From Mobula hypostoma (Eukaryota), in the NCBI RefSeq assembly GCF_963921235.1, contig NC_086098.1:4154001-4218000 (forward strand): a stretch of DNA of 64,000 nucleotides. Direction: 5' to 3'. This document shows, piece by piece, positions 26,202-39,200 of the stretch (its first letter is position 1; each line of letters begins with the position of its first letter). The translations under genes were made by a program, and so were the position numbers. The notes under the pieces are model-generated. The model worked only from the letters and a program-made list of their open reading frames with translations. It was not told the origin of the DNA and did no database searches.

Positions 26202-26331
26202 CACAAAATAATCTGCAGGTGCTGGGGTCAAAGCAACACTCACAAAATGCTGGAGGAACTCAGCAGGTCAGGCAGCATCGTTTGCACAGATGCTGCCCAA
26301 CCTGCTGAGTTTCTCCAGCATATTGTGAGTG
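26202..26331. mobile_element. Mini fold-back PLE-end insertion (130 bp, second subfamily)
   Basis: Arms cactcacaaaatgctggaggaactcagcaggtcaggcagcatc / gatgctgcccaacctgctgagtttctccagcatattgtgagtg; perfect TSD tcacagagtactaa at 26188-26201 and 26332-26345. Confidence 0.9.
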
Positions 26332-27979
26332 TCACAGAGTACTAAAAGAGATTAATGAGGAGATAACAGATGCATTGTTCATTATCATTCAAGAATCATT
26401 TGATCCTGGCATGCTCCCAGAGGACTGGAAGATCATAAATGTCACTCCACTCTTTAAGAAGGGAGGAAGGCAAAAGAAAGGAAATTATAGACCAGTTAGT
26501 CTAATCTGAGTGGTTGGGGAAGTATTGGAGTCTATTATTAAAGATGAGGTTTCGGGATACTTGGAGACTAATGATTAACTAAGTCAAAGTCAGAATGGTT
26601 TCTGTGAAGGAAAATCTTGCTTGACATATCTGTAGGAGTTCTTCAAGGAAGTAACACGCAGAGTGGACAAAGGAGAGGCAGTGGATGTCATTTATTTAGA
26701 TTTTCAGAAGGCATTTGATAAGGTGCCACACATGAGGCTGCTGAACAAGATAAAATACTATGGCGTTACAGGAGAGAGGCTGGCATGGGTAGTGGAATGG
26801 CTAACAGGCAGGAGGCAGCAAATGGGAATAAAAGGGGCCTTTTCAGGTTGACTGCCAGTGACTGGTGGTGTTCAGGGATCAGTGTTGGGACCACTACTTT
26901 TCACATTGTTTGTCAATGATTTAGATGGAATTGACGCTCTTGTGGCAAAGCTTGCGGATGATATGAAGATAGGTGGAGGGGTAGGTAGTGCTGAGGAAGC
27001 AATACGATGGCAGCAGGACTTAGACAAATTGGAAGAATGGGCAAAAAAGTGGCAGATGGAATACAGTGTTGGGAAATGTATGATAATACATTTTAGTAAA
27101 AGGAACAATCGTGTGGACTACTATCTAAATGGGGAAAAGGTTCAAACATCAGAAGTGCAGAGATACTTAGGAGTCCCTCTGCAAGACTCCCAGAAGGTTA
27201 ATTTACAGATTCAGTCTGTGGGAAGGAAGGCAAATGCAATGTTGGCATTTATTTCAAGGGGAATAGAATATAAAACCAAAGAGATAATTCCGAGACTTTA
27301 CAAGACACTAGTCAGGCCGCATTTGGAGAATTGTCAACTGCTTTGTGCCCCGTGACTCAGAAAGGATGTGTTGTCATTTGAGAGAGTCTAGAGGAGGTTC
27401 ACGAGGATGATTCTGTGAATGAAGAGGTTAACATATGAGGAGCATTTGGCAGCTTTGGGCCTGTACTCGCTGGAATTTAGAAAAATGTTGGGGGATCTAA
27501 TTGAAACCTACTGAATACTGAAAGGACTCGATAGGGTGGATATGAAGAGGGCATCCTATGATGTGGGATAGCCACATAACTAGCGGGCATAGCCTCAAAA
27601 TTGGGAGGTGATCTTTTAGAACAGAAGTAAGGATGAATTTTTTTTAGCCAAAGAGTGGTGAATCTGTGGAATGCTTTGCCACAGACTGCGGTGGAGGCCA
27701 AATCCGTGGGTATATTTAAGGAGGAAGTTGATAGTTTCCTGATCAGTCAGGGCATCAAAGGATATGGCGAGAAGCCAAGTGTATGGGGTTGAGTGGTATC
27801 CGGGATAAGCCAGAGCAGACTCAGTGGGCTGAATGGCCTAATTCTGCTCCTATGACTTATGGTCTTATGGTCTAAGAGGTAATTCTTCTCTGTAGAAGAC
27901 ATGTCTAGGGTAAAGAAGGCGGTCATTTTCCAAATCAGAATATTTCAAGCTTTGCTGAAAGTCTCTCTCAGAATTATAA

Positions 27980-29985
27980 TATAAAACCATAAAATATAGG
28001 AGCAGCCTTAGGGATCTGGCCCATACAGTTTGCTCCGCCACTTCATCACAGCTGTCCCAATTTTCCTCTCAGCCGCAGTCTCCTGCCTTCTCCCCATAAG
28101 CCTTCATGCCCTAACCAATCAAGAATCTGTCATCCTCAGCCTTACATTTACATAAAGACTTGGCCTCCACAGCTGCCTGTGGCAAAGAATTCCACAGATT
28201 CACCATTCACTGGCTAAAGAAATCCCTGCTCATCTCTGTTCTTAAAGGACGCCCCTCTATTCTGAGACTGTGTCCTCTGGACTCTCCCATATCCACTCTA
28301 TCAAGGCCTTTCACCTTACGATAGGTTTCAATGAGGTCACCCCTCACTCTTCTGAATTCCAGTGAGTGCAGACCCAGAGCCATCAAACACTCTTCATATG
28401 ACAAGCCATTCAGTCCTGAAATCACCTTTGTGAACCTCCTTTGAACCCTTTCTCGTTTCAGCACATCAACTTTAGAGTAAGTAACCAAAACCTAATCATA
28501 ATACTCCGTGAGGGCTCACCAGAGCTTTATAAAGTTTCAACATTACATCCCTGCTTTGATATTCTAGTCCTCTTGAAACCTAACATCTCATTTGCCTTCC
28601 TCACCACAGATTCAACCTGCAAATTAACCTTTAGGGACTCCTGCATAAGGACTCCCAAGTCCTGCGCACCTCAGGTTTTTGTATTTTATCTCCATTTAGA
28701 AAATAGTCAGCCCTTTCATTTCTCCTTCATAAATGCATGCCAACACACCTCGCAACACTGCTTTCTATCTGCCATTTCTTTGCCCATTCTCCTAATCCAT
28801 CTAAGTCCTCTGTAGCCTCTCTATTTCCTCAAAACTACCTGCCCCTCCACCTATCTTCATATCATCTGCAAACTTTGCAACAAAGCCATCAATTTCATCA
28901 TCCACACGAGGAATTCTGCAGATGCTGGAAATTCAAGCAACACACATCAAAGTTGCTGGTGAACGCAGCAGGCCAGCAGTTGTTGCCTGGCCTGCTGCGT
29001 TCACCAGCAACTTTGTTGTGAATTCCATCATCCAAATCATTGACATATAATTTAAAAAGAAATGGTCCCAACACAGATCCCTGTGGAACACCACTAGTCA
29101 CCAGCAGCCAATCAGAAAAAGCTCCTTTTATTCCCACTCTTTACCTCCTGCCAATCAGCCACTGCTTTATCCATGCTAATATCTTTCCTGTAATACCACG
29201 GGCTTGTAGCTTGTTAAGCAGCCTCATGTGTGGCACCTTGTCCGAGGCCGTCTGAAAATCCAAATACACAACATCAACCAATTCTCTTTTGTCTATCCTG
29301 ATTGTTATTTCTTCAAAGAATTCCAACAGATTTATCAGGCAAGATTTTTCCTTGAGGAAGCCATACTGACTACGGCCTACTTTATCACGTGCCTCCAAGT
29401 ACCCTGAGACCTCATCCTTAATAATTGATTCCAACATCTTCCCAAATCCCAAACACTGAGGTCAGAATAACTGGCCTATAGTTTCCTTTCTTCTGCCTCT
29501 CTCCCAGTCTGCAATCTTCCAGTCTCCAGAACCATTCCAAAATCTTGTGATTCTTGATAAATCATTACTAATGCCTCCATGATCTCTTCAGCCACCTCTT
29601 TCAGAATTCTGGGGTGTACACCAACTGGTCTAAGTGACTTATCTACCTTCAGACCTTATGTTATGGTAACTTCACACATTTCATGACCTCTGACACTTGG
29701 AACTTCTACCATACTACCAGTGTCTTCCACAGTGAAGACTAATACAAAATACTTATTCAGTTTGTTCGCCATTTCATTCTCCCCCATTGCTACCTCACCA
29801 GCATTGTTTTCTAGTGGTCCAATATCCACTTTCGCCTCACTTTTACACTTTACGTATCTGAAGAAACTTTTCGTATCCTTTTTAAGATTATTGGCTAGCT
29901 TACTTTCATATTCCACCTTTACCTTCTTAATGACTTTTTCAGTTGTGTTACGTTGGTTTTTAAAAGCTTTCTAATCTCTTAACTT
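27980..29985 (-). mobile_element. Decayed CR1 ORF2 fragment
   Basis: [37 protein letters not shown]...RGDLIETY on the minus strand. Confidence 0.88.
28905..29020. mobile_element. Mini fold-back PLE-end insertion (116 bp)
   Basis: Arms caaagttgctggtgaacgcagcaggccag / ctggcctgctgcgttcaccagcaactttg; TSD aatttcatcatcca (28891-28904) / aattccatcatcca (29021-29034). Confidence 0.9.
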
Positions 29986-30173
29986 CTATCTTCCATTCGC
30001 CATCGACCATAAGACCATATGACCATAAGATGCAGGAGTAGAGTTAAACCGGTTGACTGATTCATCATTCCTCTCAACCTGCTCATTGACACCTGTCCTA
30101 ATCAAGATCCTATCAACTTCTGTTTTAAAAATACCCAATATACTCAGTCTATGGCAATGAATTACACTGATTC

Positions 30174-30600
30174 TGTCACAACCACGGATTCGGCAGCACA
30201 GTAGATACGGCAATTATGCTTGTGAATATCCATGTGTCAGCTAATTATTATTTAATTGTGATACTACTTAACTCCATACTTGTCATCGTAGTGCTTGCTG
30301 AGACTTGCACAGAGCACTGCAACGCTTCGCTGCCTGTTTGCATTCGGCCTTCCCTGAGAAATTGGACTGTCGAGTCAACTGACTCTGAAGACTAGCAGTA
30401 TTCATTTAATGTTTAGATGTTCTTTTCAGCCGCAGTGTAGGCTTTGTTTTCCATTTGAGAGTTTTAGTTAATGGCCCTGTTTGGCCTAGCGTTTGTTGTT
30501 TTATTTTCCCTTTAACACTGTTCATATTAAAGTCTGTAAACTATCGACCTGCTTCAGTGTCTCTCACTCCGCACTTGGGCCATATCCGAACCTGGTAACA
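30174..30600. mobile_element. Solo LTR (427 bp) inserted in a CR1 3' fragment
   Basis: TGTCAC...GTAACA ends, 5-bp TSD GATTC (30169-30173 and 30601-30605), ATTAAA near 30526; the flanks rejoin as CR1 sequence. Confidence 0.85.
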
Positions 30601-31115
30601 GATTCACCACCATCTGGCTGAGGAAATTCCTCCTCATCTCTGTCCTAAATGGACATCCCTCTATTTTGGGGCTGTGCCCTCTGGTCCAAGACTTGCCTAC
30701 AATATGATTCCAATTTTAGAACGTGTTTCAGAGAACAGTGTAGGCTCTTCAGCTCTTAGTGTTGTTTAACCTACTCTAAGATCAATCTAACCCTTCAGTC
30801 CCCATAACCCTCTATTTTTCTATCATCTACGTGCCTATCTAAATGTCTCTTATGTATCTGCCCTGGCTATTCAAGTATCTATCAGCCTGTGCCTTAAACA
30901 ACTTTGCCTCCACAGCCTCCTCATCTCTGTTCTAGATGGACATCCCTCTATTCTGAGTCTGTGTCCTCTGGTCTTGGATTCCACTATCATTGGAAACATC
31001 CTCTCCACACCCACTCTATTGAGCCCTATGGAGGGAAATCAATTTTCCTACTTCAGAAGCATTTAAGTGCCCTCACCTGACCACACCACAGGAAATCCTA
31101 ATACCTGTAAATGTA

Positions 31116-31674
31116 CCCTTAGTGGCCATTTTATCACAGGTACACCTGTACACCTGCTCATTACTGTAAATATCTAATCAGCCTATAATGTGGCAGCAAC
31201 TCAAAGCATAAAAGCATGCAGACCTGGTCAAGAGCTTCAGTTGTTGTTCAGACTAAACATCAGAATGGGGATGAAAAGTGGCTTTGACTATGGAATGATT
31301 ATTGGTGCCAGACAGGGTGGATTGAGTATCTCAGAAACTGCTGATCTCCTGGGATTTTCATGCACAACAGTCGCTAGAGTTTAAAGAGCATGGTGCGAAA
31401 AACAAAAAAAAATCGAGTGAGTGACAGTTCTGTGGGTGAAAATACCTTATTAATGAGGTCAGAGGGGAATGGCCAGAGTGAATCAAGCTAACAGGAAGGT
31501 GACAGTAACTTAAGTAATCACGTGTTACAACAGTGGTGTGCAGAAGAGCATCTCTGAACGCACAACACATTGAACCTTGAAGTGGACGGGCTACAGCAGC
31601 AGAAGACCGTGAACATACACCCAGTGGCCTTGTTATTAGGTACAGGAGCTACCAAATCCAGTGGCCACTGATTG
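31116..31674 (+). mobile_element. Tc1-like non-autonomous element
   Basis: TA-flanked TIRs cccttagtggcca / tggccactgattg; GMIIGARQGGLSISETADLLGFSCTTV transposase remnant. Confidence 0.85.
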
Positions 31675-31895
31675 TATATGGCGAATAAAGATGACTCTTG
31701 ACTCTTGACTCTTGATCAATAGATGAAAGATGGAATTACAGAATGTGTAAGAAGAGAACATGAATGATTATTGGAAAGGATAGGTGGCATGGTATTCACA
31801 CATAATTATTTTTCAAGCAGCGTTGGATTGGGTAAACATCACCCCTATTTTCGATTCAGATTCAGATTTATTTATCACATCTACATGAAAACATA

Positions 31896-32218
31896 GGGTG
31901 GCAGGTTGGAGATATGTCTCTACCAAGGCAGTGTAAGGTACTCCTCCCTCTGCAAACCTGAAGGTCACCCTTGGGCAAGGTGTAGCACCTGCATAGCCCC
32001 CGATCAGGGTCACGTGAAGCCATGGGAGCAGGTGGTGGATGGTCGTATGAGCAGCTGGTGCACATCACCACTCCTGGTTATGCGACCACTGATGCCAGGC
32101 AGACAATCTCTGAAGAGTATTGATAGTGGCTGGGGTCACCCGTCTTGTAAAGACACTGCCCAGAAGAAGGCAATGGCATGGAAAAACCACGTCACATGAA
32201 ATGGCACAAAGCGAATGA
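31896..32218 (+). mobile_element. Non-autonomous retroposon with an RTE-like 3' end
   Basis: 13-bp TSD acatgaaaacata (31883-31895) / acatcaaaacata (32219-32231); gaagaaggcaatggca resembles RTE/Bov-B tails (family assignment is inference). Confidence 0.65.
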
Positions 32219-33819
32219 ACATCAAAACATACAGTGAAATGTATCGTTTGCATTAACAGATGAAGGATGTGCTGAGGGCAGCCAGTGAGTGTCGTCACAT
32301 ATTCTGGTGCCAATGTAGCATGCCCACCATGACTGGAAGAATAACGTAAAACACAACAAGCAACAAGAAAACAAGCCCCTTTCGTCCTTCCCACCAGCAC
32401 ACATGAACAGTGCTCCAAGGTCAGGGCAGGCCTCTGAGCCTTCAGGCTTCAGACATCGGGCTACTTAGAGTCCTGAGAGTTAAAACAGTCCAGGTGTTAA
32501 CTGTTCTGAGGAATTTCCACCTGCCCTGCGTCCTTTGTAGGGAGTAGATTTTAAATTCAAGTTTTCATACCACTTCATCTTTATCATTTTGTTTGAAAAC
32601 AATACCATCTGACGATGGTAACTATGCTGGTAAACAGTACTATATTGAAATGACCCTGTGGGTTTCCCTGCCACATTCTGAATTGACTGACAACCTCCTT
32701 TACAGAGAAAGGTAAAGAGAAGTCATTGCCAGCCCTACTGCAGATCTGTTCAAAGGCTGTGAAGGTCACAGCCAAGCAAATGAACTTCCTCCTCAAGACA
32801 GAAATAAATAAATGGCAAGGAAAGAAACTAAAATGCAATCTCTAGTGTTCAAGACACGATCTGTAAGTGATAATGATTGACAGCTGAGCTATATCCATGC
32901 AATATCTGAGATCGCACGTTCTCATTTTCCTCAGTGTAGCTAGCAAGCACACATTAAACATCCGTCTGATGCCCAAATTAACCTTCTCAGGAAACTGAAA
33001 GAGGCACAAACTATCATAATCAGCCTTTCATTATCGCAGCAGCCTCTAGTTAAAGGGTCAGAATAATTGTGCCATCAGAGCAGTGATTGTTTTCAATCAA
33101 CAGAAGGCTGAAATGACAGGTCTGTGATTGAATAGTTTGATGAAACTGCTCTAGGCCTAATCAGACCAGATGAAAGGGAGGCATGATTGGTGCAAATGAA
33201 CATTCAACCCTCTTCTCTTCATTTACAATTTGAAATTACACTTAAATTCTAGCCTTCTTTTGAGTGTCTTGGGGGGGGGGAGTGGTGGATGTTTGATTTG
33301 TTGCAAGTTATGGCAACAGAGTGTTATAAAATATAGGATGCCGTGCATCAGATCTACCCACCATTATAATATTCACACAAATTCCTTAGAAGATAAAATT
33401 TTAACTCTGCAAGGTCACAAAAGAAATAAAGACTGGCTCGCTGTAGCTTTTTCGGAAAACAATGAAGGTGTAGCAAGCAGAGTCAATAAAAGCCAACTAA
33501 AATAAATTACTGGCAAGCCACACTGAGGTAAAGTAACTTTCCCAACCATCACATTTCACTACACACTTCTGCTTTCCAAGATCTAGCCAGTGACAAGTGC
33601 TAAGAATAAAACTGACTGCCTTTACCACTGAAGTGTGTGTCCTTACCGAAACTTCAGTCAAAGCAATGCAGAAAAAAAGACTGGATATCAAGAGCTGCAC
33701 AGACAACATGCTGACAGCGCTCAGCAGGGCATGGCAGGATGTTTCACTTACCTGGGGCGGTTAGTGTAATACTATCACAGCGGCCGCAGTAAGATTGGAG
33801 TTCACTGACCGGGGGAATC

Positions 33820-34197
33820 CCATTAAACTGAGCAAATGTTGAAAGGCCTTTAAAGAGTGGATGTGGAGCAGATGTTTCCTGTGGCTGGGGATTCTAGGAC
33901 CAGAGGACACAGCCTCAGAATAGAGGGGCGTCCTTTTATAAGAGATGGGAAGGGATTTCTTTAGCCAGTAGGTGGTGAATCTGTGGAACTCGATGCCACA
34001 AGCGGCTGTGGAAGCCAAATCATTAGGTATATTTAAGGCAGAGGTTGATAGATTCTTGATCAGTCGGGGTGTGAAGAGATACAGAGAGAAGGCAGGAGAT
34101 TGGGGCTGAGAGGGAAATGGATCAGCCATGATGAAATGGCAGAACAGACTTGATGGGCCAAATGGCCTAATTCTGCTCCTATACCTTATGGTCTTAT
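33820..34197 (+). mobile_element. CR1 3' fragment
   Basis: Same 3' end and cttatggtcttat tail as 715-1192. Confidence 0.85.
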
Positions 34198-34814
34198 AAA
34201 CTGTAAGGATCGAGATGGCAGCAGTGTGCAATGCTTCCTTGGTCGATATCTTCAAGATAGCTCACACATTTCAGAATGTGTATTGTGTACATTTCTCTGG
34301 CATTAAATGTACTTTTGAAACCTTTGAAAATAGCTTTTTTACTTCTTTTATGTTTGTGTTTCAGGGACTGTTAGAGCCTGTGACTTACAGATTGGAGATA
34401 GTTTGAGTGATGGTTTGCTGGCTCCAAGATACAGTAATTCCAGGAAACGAGCGCATACTCGGACGGCCCCAATGCGAAAAAACTTCGAGATGGGACGTGA
34501 GCCAATGTTTGACTCCTTTATGCCATTTAAAGTGTCCATAAATCGCTGATTAAAATGCCAAAGAAGATTGAGACATTGAGGCAAATGCAGAAGGTGAGCA
34601 ACAGGTGGACCAGAAGGATTTACATACAAGATTAAAGATGAAGATTACCTTTATTTGTCACATGTGCATTGAAATATCGAAACATTCAGTGAAATGCATT
34701 GTTTTCTATCAACAACCAGCTCAGTCTGAGGAAGTGCTGGGGACAGATCACAGATGTCACCATGTTTCTGGTGCTGACACAGCATGCCCACAACTCACTA
34801 ACCATTACTAATTT

Positions 34815-35070
34815 AGCACAACTCTATTACAGCTTGGGGCACCAGAGTTCAGAGTTCAATTCCGGCATCCTCTGTAAGCAGTGTGTACGTCCTCCCCGTG
34901 AATGCATGGGCTCCCTACAGGTGCTCCGGTTTCCAAAGCCACACTAATCAGTGGGCTAATTGGTCATTGTAAGTCATCCTATGGTTTGGCTAGGGTTAAA
35001 TTAGGGGTTACTGCGCGGCTCACCTCGTTGGGCTGGAAGAGCCTGTTCTGTGCAGTATCTGTGAAATAAA
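34815..35070 (+). mobile_element. V-type (HE1-like) SINE; related copies at about 36510-36700 (+) and 59990-60200 (-)
   Basis: B-box-like gagttcaattcc followed by tgtacgtcctccccgtg...ggtgctccggtttcc, a V-domain-like sequence. Confidence 0.65.
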
Positions 35071-35109
35071 ACATCTTTGGAATGTGGGAGGATATCGTAG
35101 TAAACACTC

Positions 35110-36278
35110 ATAGTCATACTTTATTGATCCCGGGGGAAATTGGTTTTCGTTACAGTTGCACCATAAATAATAAATAGTAATAAAACCATAAATAGTTAAA
35201 TAGTAATATGTAAATTATGCCAGGAAGTAAGTCCAGGACCAGCCTATTGGCTCAGGGTGTCTGACCCTCCAAGGAAGGAGTTGTAAAGTTTGATGGCCAC
35301 AGGCAGGAATGACTTCCTATGACGCTCTGTGTTGCATCTCGGTGGAATGAGTCTCTGGCTGAATGTACTCCTGTGCCCACCCAGTACATTATGTAGTGGA
35401 TGGGAGACATTGTCCAAGATGGCATGCAACTTGGACAGCATCCTCTTTTCAGACACCACCGTCAGAGAATCCAGTTCCATCCCCACAACATCACTGGCCT
35501 TACGAATGAGTTTGTTGATTCTGTTGGTGTCTGCTACCCTCAGCCTGCTGCCCCAGCACACAACAGCAAACATGATAGTACTGGCCACCACAGACTCATA
35601 GAACATGCTCAGCACCGTCCGACAGATGTTAAAGGACTTCAGTCTTCTCAGGAAATAGAGACGGCTCTGACCCTTCTTGTGGACAGCCTCAGTGTTCTTT
35701 GACCAGTCCAGTTTATTGTCAATTCGTAACCCCAGGTATTTGTAATCCTCCACCATGTCCACACTGACCCCCTGGATGTAAACAGGGGTCACCGGTACCT
35801 TAGCTCTCCTCAGGTCTACCACCAGCTCCTTATCTTTTTCACATTAAGCTGCAGATAATTCTGCTCACACCATGTGACAAAGTTTCCTACCGTAGCCCTG
35901 TACTCAACCTCATCTCCCTTGCTGATGCATCCAACTACGGCAGAGACATCAGAAAACTTCTGAAGATGGCAAGACTCAGTTGAAGTAGTTGAAGTCCGAG
36001 GTGTAAATGGTGAAGAGAAAGGGAGACAAGACAGTCCCCTGTGGAGCCCCAGTGCTGCTGATCGCTCTGTCGGACACACAGTGTTGCAAGTACACGTACT
36101 GTGGTCTGCCAGTCAGGCAATCAAGAATCTATGACACCAGCGAAGCATCCACCTGCATCACTGTCAGCTTCTCCCCCAGCAGAGCAGGGCGGATGGTGTT
36201 GAACGCACTGGAGAAGTCAAAAAACATGACCCTCACAGTGCTCGCTGGCTTGTCCAGGTGGGCGTAGACACGGTTCAG
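35110..36278 (-). mobile_element. Young Rex1/Babar-like LINE 3' part inserted in a SINE
   Basis: VRVMFFDFSSAFNTI, GAPQGTVLSPF, QKFSD.SAVVG, then ORF 35244-35822 YKYLG...KKGQSRLYFLRRLKSFNI; flanks catagtcat / catggtcat. Confidence 0.88.
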
Positions 36279-39200
36279 CATGGTCATGGGGAGAACGTAC
36301 AAACTCCTTACAGTGTCATGAAATGAATTTGGTCACTGATGCTATAAAGTGTTGCGCTAGCCGGTACATGTAAGAATTTAATGTGGTCAATGTTGCATTA
36401 TAAACCAGCTCGGTGCCAACCATGATACTGGTCTAAACTAATCCCACCTAATTCTGCCATCCTGTTCAAGCGCTGGCACCTCCCTGGCAGGATGCTCCTG
36501 TCATCTGGGTGGCATGGGAGCATCACAGGAAGTTTAACACTACTCCAGTGCCAGCGGTAAGACTGGGGTTCAGCTCCTGCACACTATCTGCAAGGAGTGT
36601 GTACGTTCCCCCAGACACCGCACTGATTTCCTCCGGGTGATCCGGATCCCTCCCTCACTCCGCAGATGTACAGAAGGGGGTTAGTGAGTTATTCGCCATG
36701 TTGGTGCTGGAAGTGTGCTGGCACTTGCAGGCTGCCCCAGCACAACCCTCGCCGACACAAACGACGCACGTTCTGAGGTACAAATAAGGCTAATTCTTAA
36801 TCAGTGTCTTTAAGCAAGGGTGGTGTGTGATTTGGAGGGGACCACGTAGATGGTGATGTTCCTGTATGCTGGTGGTGATGCGGTCAAATGACCTCGGCTG
36901 ATAACTACAGTGTATTTTGTGGAGGGTACACACCGAATCAGAATCAGGTTTACTATCACTGGCATATAGTATGTCATCAAATCTGCTGTGTTGTGGTAGC
37001 AATACAGTTACAAAAAAAGTGCAAAAGAATAATAATAGTATAGTGTTCGTGGATTCACTGACCATTCAGAAACCTGCTGGCTGAGGGGAAAAAATTTCAT
37101 CGGACTCCTGTGGCTCCTTCCTGATGGTAGTAACGAGAAGAGGGTGTGTCCTGCACTGAATGGAGATGGTTCTTCATGATGGATGTTCCCTTTTTGAGGC
37201 ATGTCCTCGATTGAGGGGGTGGGGGTGGTTGTGCTTGTGATGGAACTGGCTAAGTCCACAACATTGGTCATGTTGTCATAATCCCTGGCAGGGACGTGGG
37301 ATGGGCAGTGTGTTAGAGCTGGTCACAGTGATGGTGGAGTCAGAGGAAGCTTTCTATTCCTCACAAATAAAAATAACAAAAAATTTCCCTTTGTTGGCAA
37401 TGAAGTGTTCCCTGAAGAACCCTGTGCTAATTACAAACTAACTTCCCAACAGGAGTTTAATAAAGTGAAGAGCAATTTGACATGTACAAATCACCCACAT
37501 CTGCTAACAGCCACTCACAGCGGTGGCAGCAAACCAAAGTTCAGAAGTTCAAAGTAAGTTTGTTATCAAAGTACATATTCGTATGTCACCATACGGAACC
37601 CTAAGCTTCATTTCCTTGCGGGCATTCGCAATAAATACAAAAGCACGAATCAATGAAAAACCACACTCAACAAACATGGGCAAATGTGCTAAAGACAAAA
37701 AACTGTGTAGATAAAAGAAAAGAAATAAAATAATAATAATTAAATATATAAGCAATAAATATCAAAAACATGAGATAACAATTCCTTGAAAGTGAATCCA
37801 TAGCTTCTGGGAACATTTCAAGGTTGGGGCAAGTAATGTTTTCCCCTTTTGGTTCAAAAGCCTGATGGTTGATAGTCAATAACTGTTCCTGAACCTGGTG
37901 GTGAGAGTCCTGAGGCTCCTGTACCTTCTCGATGGCAGCAGTGAGAAGAGAACATGACCTGGGTGGTGGAGGTCCTTGCTGTTTTCCTGCAAGTGTACTC
38001 TGTGTAGATGGGCTCAGTGGTGGGGCGAGCTTTACCCGTGATGGACTGGGCCGTATCCATTATTTTTGTGGGCTTGTCATGTCATGCAATGATAGGACAA
38101 AGTCCAATTTGAAGTAAGCCACCCACTGTGACCCCAAAGTTTCATCCACATCTTGGACATTGGCTATGGCTCATCCACAGCACTCTTAACAGAGTCAAAA
38201 ACTTCAAGTACTTCTACTCCATCTGCCAAGAGCAGAATTTCCCGTGGCCAGCTATTTTAATTCCAATCCCTATTCCAATGCATGAATATTGATGTCTCAT
38301 TCCAGTAATTTTTCTTCTTTTTTTTTTCTTTCTTTCTTTGCCTCTCTCCTTCCATCTTCTCCTGTTTCCCACTCTGGCCTCTTACATCTTCTCCTTACCT
38401 ACCAATTACCTCCCCCAGTGACTCCATTCCTTCTCTTTCACTTATGTTCCACTCTCTTTCCCTATCAGATTCCTTTCTCTCCAGTCCTTTACCTTTCCCA
38501 CCCACCTGCCTTCACCTCTCATGTTCAGGAGAATGACGTGGGATCTCATAGAACTATTTGGAATGTTAAAAGTCCTGAACAGATTAGATATGGCAAAGTT
38601 ATTTCCCATGGTAGGGGAGTCTAGGACAAGAGGGCACAACTTCAGGATTGAAGGACGTCCATTTAGAACAGAGATGTGGGGAAATTACTTTAGTCAGAGG
38701 TGGCAAATCTGTGGAATTTGTTGCCATGAGCAGCTGTGGAGGGCAAGTCAGTGGATGTATTTAAGGCAGAGATAGTTAGGTTCTTGATTAGCCAGGGCAT
38801 CAAAGGGTATGGGAAAAAGCAGAGGAGTGGGGATGACTGGAAGAATTGGATCAGCCCATGATTGAATGGCAGAGCAGACTCGATGGGCCAAATGGCCTAC
38901 CTCTGCTCCTATATCTTATGGTCTTATGTTCTAGGTATCCTCTTTCCCCTCCTCCACCTTTATATTCGGGTGTCTGCCCCCTTCCTTTGTTGGTTCAAGT
39001 CCAGTTCCATAGATTTGAGCTCAAAACTCTTGTCAACACGCCAGTAGAATACAGATGAATTTTAGAACAATTTGATCATATCTGGGGGAATGATTTGAAT
39101 TGAATATTCCCGATTTAATTCGTTGAACGTAAATAGCTGAGTTTGCATCCTGCATTTGGGCATTTGTTCAACTAATTATTTATTCATCTAGCTCATGCAG

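Larger units (their letters stand above)
19820..27873 (+). mobile_element. Near full-length decayed CR1 (ORF1 + ORF2) hosting three later insertions
   Basis: ORF1 C..C/coiled coil (MQLLRDCVRELELQLDDLRLVRE) and esterase-like IGDSIVRG; endonuclease LYLN..SI...VGITESWL (20582); RT YLDFQKAFDKVPH, QGSVLGPLLF, LADDMK (26660-27355); tail tatggtcttatggtct. The 5' UTR may extend to about 18900. Confidence 0.88.
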
